Assembly (NCBI GenBank): GCA_015486015.1
Contig: WFSL01000024.1
Location: forward strand, 41,780-105,779
Direction: 5' to 3'
From: Aquificota bacterium
GTDB lineage: Bacteria; Thermosulfidibacterota; Thermosulfidibacteria; Thermosulfidibacterales; B14-G1
DNA: 64,000 bases
Within the stretch, counting starts at the first letter, position 1, and every line of letters begins with the position of its first letter. Made by a program: the position numbers and the translations under genes. Of this stretch, positions 58,890 through 64,000 are shown piece after piece. The notes beneath the pieces were generated by a model that saw only the letters and a list, made by a program, of their open reading frames with translations, was not told the origin of the DNA and made no database searches.

Positions 58890-59531
58890 TTGGGAAGGTA
58901 CCCATTGTTGAAAGGGAAGCGAGACTCTATTCGGCGCGTGGTGGAAGGGATATTGGATTATTGCCAACCCCGTAGGGTACTGGTGGTTCCCTGTGCGGAG
59001 AGCGGCAAAAAGAGCATCTGGTTTCTGCCTGAAATTTACTCCAAGGGCATTCAAGTAGTTGGTGCTGACATATCCCCATCTATGCTTAGGAAAGAGTGGG
59101 GCTGGTTGATACCAGATGTACCGCTGGTAGTATGTGACATAAGGGCTCTTCCGTTCAGGGAGAACAGCTTTGACCTTGTGATGAATCAGAGGTTCATTTG
59201 CCATTTCCCAAGGGAATTCAGAAGAGGGGCCCTTGCGGAGATGGGGAGGGTAACCTCAGGGTTCCTGTTTATCCATTATGAGAGCAAGCATACCTTTAAA
59301 TACATCTCCCGTAAACTCAGGCAAAAACTGGGCTTAAGGAGGAGATCCCCCAGAACCTTCCATGGAGGGGATTTTGACTGGAAAAGCACTAAACACCCGT
59401 TGGGCCATGTAAAGCTGAGCGATAGGGAGACCAAGAGGGAGTTAGAAGAGGCGGGATTCCAGGTGGTAAAGGTGAAGCCCCTGTTTCCCCTTTTGTCCGA
59501 TAGGTGGTTCTATTTGGCCAGGAAGGGGTGA
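58890..59531 (+). CDS. Putative class I SAM-dependent methyltransferase (degenerate motif I)
   Basis: RVLVVPCAESG (motif I-like), VVGADIS (post-I) and VVCDIRALPF..SFDLVM (motif II/III). TTG start. Confidence 0.45.
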   Translation: MGRYPLLKGKRDSIRRVVEGILDYCQPRRVLVVPCAESGKKSIWFLPEIYSKGIQVVGADISPSMLRKEWGWLIPDVPLVVCDIRALPFRENSFDLVMNQRFICHFPREFRRGALAEMGRVTSGFLFIHYESKHTFKYISRKLRQKLGLRRRSPRTFHGGDFDWKSTKHPLGHVKLSDRETKRELEEAGFQVVKVKPLFPLLSDRWFYLARKG

Positions 59532-59623
59532 TACGATTAGACTTGAGGCATAGATGAGGATAATAAAACCTTCTATAATTGCGGTGAGGATTTGGTGGAT
59601 ACTGTGGGTTTTGGAGAAGAGCC

Positions 59624-60955
59624 GTGGTGAAGGGTAACGCCAGGATCTTGCTGGTAGATGATGAACCCCATTTTTGCAAGGTGATGGCTATACATCTGGC
59701 CGATGAGGGCTACATTGTAGCTACGGCCACCAGCGGGGAAGAGGCCTTGGAGCGTCTTAGGGGTGGGGAGTATCATTTAGTGATCACGGATCTTAAAATG
59801 CCAGGGATGGATGGTTTGGCCTTGTTGGAGCACATCAGGGACCTTTCGGCTACCCTTCCTGTTATTGTGCTTACGGCCTATGGTACTGTGGACACGGCAG
59901 TCCAGGCTATGAAGCTTGGGGCCTTCGATTACATCCTTAAGCCCGTGGATGTGGATGAGCTAAAGATGGTGGTGGCCAGGGCCCTTCGTGTCCAAGAGAT
60001 CACAAGGGAGAATCTGGCCCTGAAGGATTCTCTTAGCGCCTTTTATCGAGATTTTTCTCTGGTAGCAGAGAGCCGAGCTATGCAGAATTTATTGCCCCTT
60101 GTGCTAAGGGCTTCTCAGGTGGATAGCCCCCTTTTACTCAGGGGTGAGACAGGGGTGGGCAAGGAGCTGCTGGCCCGGGTGATTCACGCCAGTGGCACTC
60201 GAAAAGGGGGCCCTTTTACCCTATTGGACTGTGCTTCCTTAGAGCCTTATAAGGTTGAGGAGGTCCTTTTCAGTGGGGAAGGAGGAAAACCCGGCAAGGT
60301 CCAGTTAGCTTGGGGAGGTACCTTGCTTTTGGACCAGGTGGATGAGCTCTCTTCTGGGGCTCAGGCCAAACTTCTGCGATTTCTGGAGGAACAGCGGGTC
60401 CCAAACGAGCCCTATGTGAGGATTATAGCCACCACTACCAGGGATCTGGATAGGCTTGTAAAGGATGGAAAGTTTCGTAGGGATCTCTTCTACCGCCTGA
60501 GGGTTCTGGATCTCTTTATTCCCCCTTTGAGGGAGAGGAAAGAGGACATACCACCTCTGGTGGACCATTTTATCAAGAAGTACAATGCCCGTTTGGGAAC
60601 TTGGGTGGAGCGGGCCTCGGCTGGTGCCTTGGACATTTTGATTTCCCATTCTTGGCCGGGGAATGTGAGGGAGCTGGAGAATGTAGTGGAAAGTGCTTTG
60701 GCCTTTTGCGAAGAAGACGAAAGGGTTATAACGGAGAGGCATCTGCCATCCTGGCTTTGGGATACCAGAGGCTCTGTCGCCCCTTCAGGTTCCCTTATAG
60801 AGGCCGTGGAGGGCCTGGAAAAAGAGATGATCACCAAGGCTTTGAGAGAGTGTGGCGGCAACCAAACTCGGGCGTCACAAAGGCTGGGCATCACCAGGAG
60901 GATGCTTCAGTATAAGATGAAAAAGTATGGCATCAGGCCCCGAAAGGTGGTATAA
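59624..60955 (+). CDS. NtrC-family response regulator with AAA+ domain lacking the GAFTGA motif
   Basis: REC domain (ILLVDDE...ITDLKMPGMDG), Walker A GETGVGKE, an R-finger region (FRRDLFYRL) and a Fis HTH. The GAFTGA position reads EVLFSGEGGKPG. Confidence 0.85.
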   Translation: MVKGNARILLVDDEPHFCKVMAIHLADEGYIVATATSGEEALERLRGGEYHLVITDLKMPGMDGLALLEHIRDLSATLPVIVLTAYGTVDTAVQAMKLGAFDYILKPVDVDELKMVVARALRVQEITRENLALKDSLSAFYRDFSLVAESRAMQNLLPLVLRASQVDSPLLLRGETGVGKELLARVIHASGTRKGGPFTLLDCASLEPYKVEEVLFSGEGGKPGKVQLAWGGTLLLDQVDELSSGAQAKLLRFLEEQRVPNEPYVRIIATTTRDLDRLVKDGKFRRDLFYRLRVLDLFIPPLRERKEDIPPLVDHFIKKYNARLGTWVERASAGALDILISHSWPGNVRELENVVESALAFCEEDERVITERHLPSWLWDTRGSVAPSGSLIEAVEGLEKEMITKALRECGGNQTRASQRLGITRRMLQYKMKKYGIRPRKVV

Positions 60956-60976
60956 AGATTTTGTTTTTTTACCTAA

Positions 60977-62176
60977 TTGAGTTTTCAGATGGAGAGAACG
61001 AGATTATCCCCCAATGTGCTTGCCCTGGGGGTGGTAAGCTTCTTTAATGATGTCTCCAGTGAAATGATCTATCCCCTCTTGCCCCTTTTTATTACAGGGG
61101 TGTTAGGGGCTGGGGCCTCCGCCGTTGGCGCCATAGAGGGTGTGGCGGAAGCGATATTGAGCTTCTCCAACGTTTTGTCAGGCTCCCTTAGTAATGAAGT
61201 TAAGCGTAAGAAACCCTTCATCCTGACAGGCTATTTGATAGCCAATGCAGCTCGGCCTCTTATGGGAATTGCCTGCCATTGGGGACATATCATGGGGCTA
61301 AGGGCCTCCGATAGGCTTGGAAAGGGCCTCAGAACACCCCCAAGGGACGGATTAATTGCCCTTTCAGTCTCCCCAGAGGATAGGGGAGCCGCCTTTGGGT
61401 TTCAGAGAGGTATGGACAATGCGGGTGCTTTTATAGGGCCGCTTGTGGCTTTTTTATTTCTACTCCATTGGCACAGCTTGAGGCACCTTTTTCTGTTGGC
61501 CGCCGTGCCTGGAGTTATTACGGTGTTAGTGGTGGTCTTCTGGGTTAGTGAAGCGGAGCCATTAAAGGCTAATTCGACTCTCCTCCGGGTTGTGGGAGAT
61601 GAAGGGATCTCCTTTGAAGGGGGGAAAGGCCCAGGCAGGGGGGTGCTTTTCTATCTCGGGGCCCTGGGTCTCTTCTCCCTGGGGAACTCATCGGACGCAT
61701 TTCTCATGCTCAGGGCTGGAGAATTGGGCTTTGCCACCTCTGCCATCCCCCTTTTGTGGACGGCCCTTCATGCCTCTCGGGCCTTTTTTTCCTTTCCTGG
61801 TGGACTATTGGCAGATCGTTGGGGGAGGAGAGAGGTGCTCCTGGGAGGCTGGGCGATCTATGGTGGGGTTTATTTGGCTTTGGCTATAAACCGTTCACAC
61901 ACCATTTTTTGGTTCCTTCTTAGCATTTATGGCCTTTACTATGGCCTCACAGAGGGGGCTGAAAGGGCCTTACTCTCGGAGCTGGTTCCCTCCCATGCCA
62001 TGGATAAGGGCTTCGGTTGGTTTCATGGCATCAAGGGCCTGGCCTTGCTTTCCGGCAATCTTCTCTTTGGCTATCTGTGGCAGCGCTGGGGTGCTGGTAC
62101 AGCCTTTGCAGAGGGTGTAGTATGTTCCATGCTTGCAGTTCCCTTGTTGCTGAGGGTGGAAAGAGGCAAAGCATGA
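60977..62176 (+). CDS. MFS transporter
   Basis: About 12 TM helices and the MFS loop motif GRASDRLGKG (G-x-x-x-D-R-x-G-R/K). Confidence 0.8.
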   Translation: MSFQMERTRLSPNVLALGVVSFFNDVSSEMIYPLLPLFITGVLGAGASAVGAIEGVAEAILSFSNVLSGSLSNEVKRKKPFILTGYLIANAARPLMGIACHWGHIMGLRASDRLGKGLRTPPRDGLIALSVSPEDRGAAFGFQRGMDNAGAFIGPLVAFLFLLHWHSLRHLFLLAAVPGVITVLVVVFWVSEAEPLKANSTLLRVVGDEGISFEGGKGPGRGVLFYLGALGLFSLGNSSDAFLMLRAGELGFATSAIPLLWTALHASRAFFSFPGGLLADRWGRREVLLGGWAIYGGVYLALAINRSHTIFWFLLSIYGLYYGLTEGAERALLSELVPSHAMDKGFGWFHGIKGLALLSGNLLFGYLWQRWGAGTAFAEGVVCSMLAVPLLLRVERGKA

Positions 62177-62946
62177 TCGCTTATCCCAAGATCAATCCAG
62201 TTATAGTTAAGTTGGGACCTTTCCAGATCCGGTGGTACGGTGTGATGTACCTCTTGGGCTTCTTTTTTGGGTACTTGCTCCTCAAAAGGGTGGTGAGGGA
62301 AAGGGGGATAGGAATCACGGGCAGGCAACTCGAGGGGCTTTTGGAGGCAGTGGTCCTGGGGGTGATCATAGGAGGCAGATTAGGGTATGTCCTCTTTTAC
62401 AACCTGCCTTATTATCTTCATCATCCTTTGGAGATACCGGCTTTCTGGCATGGTGGCATGTCCTTTCATGGTGGTCTTCTGGGTACCCTGATAGTCGGTT
62501 GGATTTACTGTAAGAGAAAGGGGTTAGATTTCTGGGAGATGGCGGATTCAGTGGTGGTTGTGGTCCCAATAGGGTTAGGCCTTGGAAGGCTGGGGAATTT
62601 CATAAACGGGGAATTATACGGTAGGGTGACTAATCTTCCTTGGGGTATGGTATTTCCTGGGGCAGGCCCCCTTCCCAGACATCCATCCCAGATCTATGAG
62701 TTTTTGTTGGAGGGGGTGGTGCTTTTCAGCATTCTGTGGTCCTTAAGGAAGCGCCTTTGGCCTAAGGGATACCTATTGGCCCTGTTTCTGGTGCTCTATG
62801 GGGTATTTAGGATATTTGTGGAGTGCTTTCGCCAGCCCGATCCCCAATTGGGGTTTATTATAGACCACATCACCATGGGGCAGATCCTGTCTTCAGGTAT
62901 GGTTTTGGCAGGTTTGATTCTCTTTTTCGTCAGACGTTCCTTTTAA
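62173..62946 (+). CDS. lgt: Prolipoprotein diacylglyceryl transferase
   Basis: PVIVKLGPFQIRWYGVMYLLGF N-terminus, the HGGLLG signature and GNFINGELYGR. ATGA overlap with the MFS gene stop. Confidence 0.9.
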   Translation: MIAYPKINPVIVKLGPFQIRWYGVMYLLGFFFGYLLLKRVVRERGIGITGRQLEGLLEAVVLGVIIGGRLGYVLFYNLPYYLHHPLEIPAFWHGGMSFHGGLLGTLIVGWIYCKRKGLDFWEMADSVVVVVPIGLGLGRLGNFINGELYGRVTNLPWGMVFPGAGPLPRHPSQIYEFLLEGVVLFSILWSLRKRLWPKGYLLALFLVLYGVFRIFVECFRQPDPQLGFIIDHITMGQILSSGMVLAGLILFFVRRSF

Positions 62947-62992
62947 TATAAACCATGTGTCCCTTGGGCTTATCTTTGGGGATTTTCCCTTT

Positions 62993-63688
62993 TCATGGGC
63001 TATTCTCTTTCCACGGCCATGGTCCAAACTTTCTTCCGTAAGCCTTTATAGTTCTTTTGATAATCTTGGGAGTGGCACCGTAGTCCCTTAGAAAACGCTC
63101 GACTTCCTTTTTGGAAAGGCGCGATGCCCTGTTCAGGGAGAAAAGGATCTGAGCGAGATTTACAGGAGCCCGAATGGGAAGAAGCTTGCAGCTAAAGTAT
63201 CCCCCATCCAGATCTATAACAAAAAAGCCCTTTTTGTTTTCATTTACCAGGATGTTTCTGGCCCATAGGTCCGAGTGACAGAAGCAGGTAGAGTGTAAAC
63301 GGCTGATAAAACAAGCTAAGTCTTCAAGGAAGGGGCCCCTCTCGGAGTCTTCCATCAAGGGGAAAACCCTGCTCACCCTCTCATACCCCTCCAGGTATTC
63401 TAAGATTAGGATGGATTTTCCATTGCCAGGGAACCATTTTCTCTCTTCTATGGCCGCCAGGGGTTGAGGGACAGGGATGCCCAGAGAAAAGAGCCTCTGG
63501 GCCATGCAGTATTCTATAAGGGCTTTGGAAGGCAGAAACGCATGCAAGAGGCCAAGGCCCCTCCTTTTAGGGGCATAAAGCTTGACGATTCTCTTTCTAT
63601 CGGTGTTTACTGTCATGCTCACCTGACGGCCCCTACTTTTTTTCAAAGTATGGCTGTTTTTTTTCTTTGCTGAGGTGAGGGCAGTCAT
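62993..63688 (-). CDS. Lipopolysaccharide core kinase family protein (Kdo/WaaP/InaA-like)
   Basis: Kinase-like catalytic loop HSDLWARNILV, DLDG, and a Kdo-kinase-like N-lobe (RKRIVKLY). The start is uncertain (63688 or 63616; the longest ORF reaches 63811). Confidence 0.6.
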   Translation of the reverse strand: MTALTSAKKKNSHTLKKSRGRQVSMTVNTDRKRIVKLYAPKRRGLGLLHAFLPSKALIEYCMAQRLFSLGIPVPQPLAAIEERKWFPGNGKSILILEYLEGYERVSRVFPLMEDSERGPFLEDLACFISRLHSTCFCHSDLWARNILVNENKKGFFVIDLDGGYFSCKLLPIRAPVNLAQILFSLNRASRLSKKEVERFLRDYGATPKIIKRTIKAYGRKFGPWPWKENSP

Positions 63689-63842
63689 GAGGGATTCTAT
63701 GTGGCCTTCGTCTTCCTTGTTGGATGATACAAGACGATAACCATTCCAAGCTCTCACCTTGGAATGGCTTCTGCAGGAAATCACATGGGGTATGCAAAAA
63801 ATGAAATTCATTTCTATGCTAATATGTTTAGTATAGCAAATT

Positions 63843-64000
63843 TCCTCTGATTATAGGTAGCTTCACCATGACCAGCCTCTCCTATAACTGTTCGATTTTA
63901 TGGCCCTATTGTGCTCTTCCACGATGCCGTATCTTTTGTTCCCTCCACGCATGTGCCACCTTTGCCCAGCTCCAGCTTTCTCATAGGGTATTAATCGTGT
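63843..64000 (-). mobile_element. Possible ISL3-like transposase fragment (truncated by the window edge, and/or degenerate)
   Basis: The minus-strand reading KRYGIVEEHNRAIKSNSYRRGW resembles the conserved ISL3 transposase motif G-x-V/T-E-G-x-N-N-K-I-K...RR-x-YG, but it ends prematurely. Confidence 0.25.

Overview
This 64 kb chromosomal window comes from a roughly 50% GC bacterium with AGG/AGA/GGG-rich codon usage; a tetraheme cytochrome c3, an iron-sulfur flavoprotein and a two-subunit 2-oxoacid:ferredoxin oxidoreductase suggest an anaerobe. It is gene-dense, and most of it is core housekeeping:

- efp-accB-accC
- an LPS heptosyltransferase
- the dnaK-cbpA-hspR operon, followed by clpB, an RpoS-like sigma factor and an Fe-ADH
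- dnaG-rpoD
- pilNOPQ
- aroC-aroK-aroQ-pepP
- hisD, ppsA, hisIE, rpoN, nadE, lpxC
- nth, rsmE, comFC, lgt

The most unusual region is a sharply AT-rich, apparently horizontally acquired four-gene cassette on the minus strand at about 10.3-13.9 kb. It encodes a U32-family (UbiU/RlhA-like, probably Fe-S) enzyme, a nitroreductase-family flavoenzyme, an acyl carrier protein and an adenylating AMP-ligase. A second acyl-CoA ligase lies beside it, bracketed by a ~70-nt direct repeat. Immediately upstream is an operon that couples an outer-membrane beta-barrel to a lone 2-hydroxyacyl-CoA-dehydratase-like subunit and its ATPase activator.

Other points of interest are listed below:

- A tiny Gly/Arg-rich rubredoxin-like zinc-ribbon protein sits divergent from the cytochrome c3.
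- A c-di-GMP-type regulatory module holds an HD-GYP response regulator, a LuxR response regulator, a GAF protein with a degenerate GGDEF domain and an orphan mreB.
- The NtrC-family regulator at 59624-60955 lacks the GAFTGA motif that contacts sigma-54.
- The pilus cluster has no pilM, and its PilQ carries N-terminal SPOR-like and AMIN-like domains.
- A possible ISL3-like transposase fragment lies at the 3' edge.

No rRNA, tRNA or CRISPR array was recognised.
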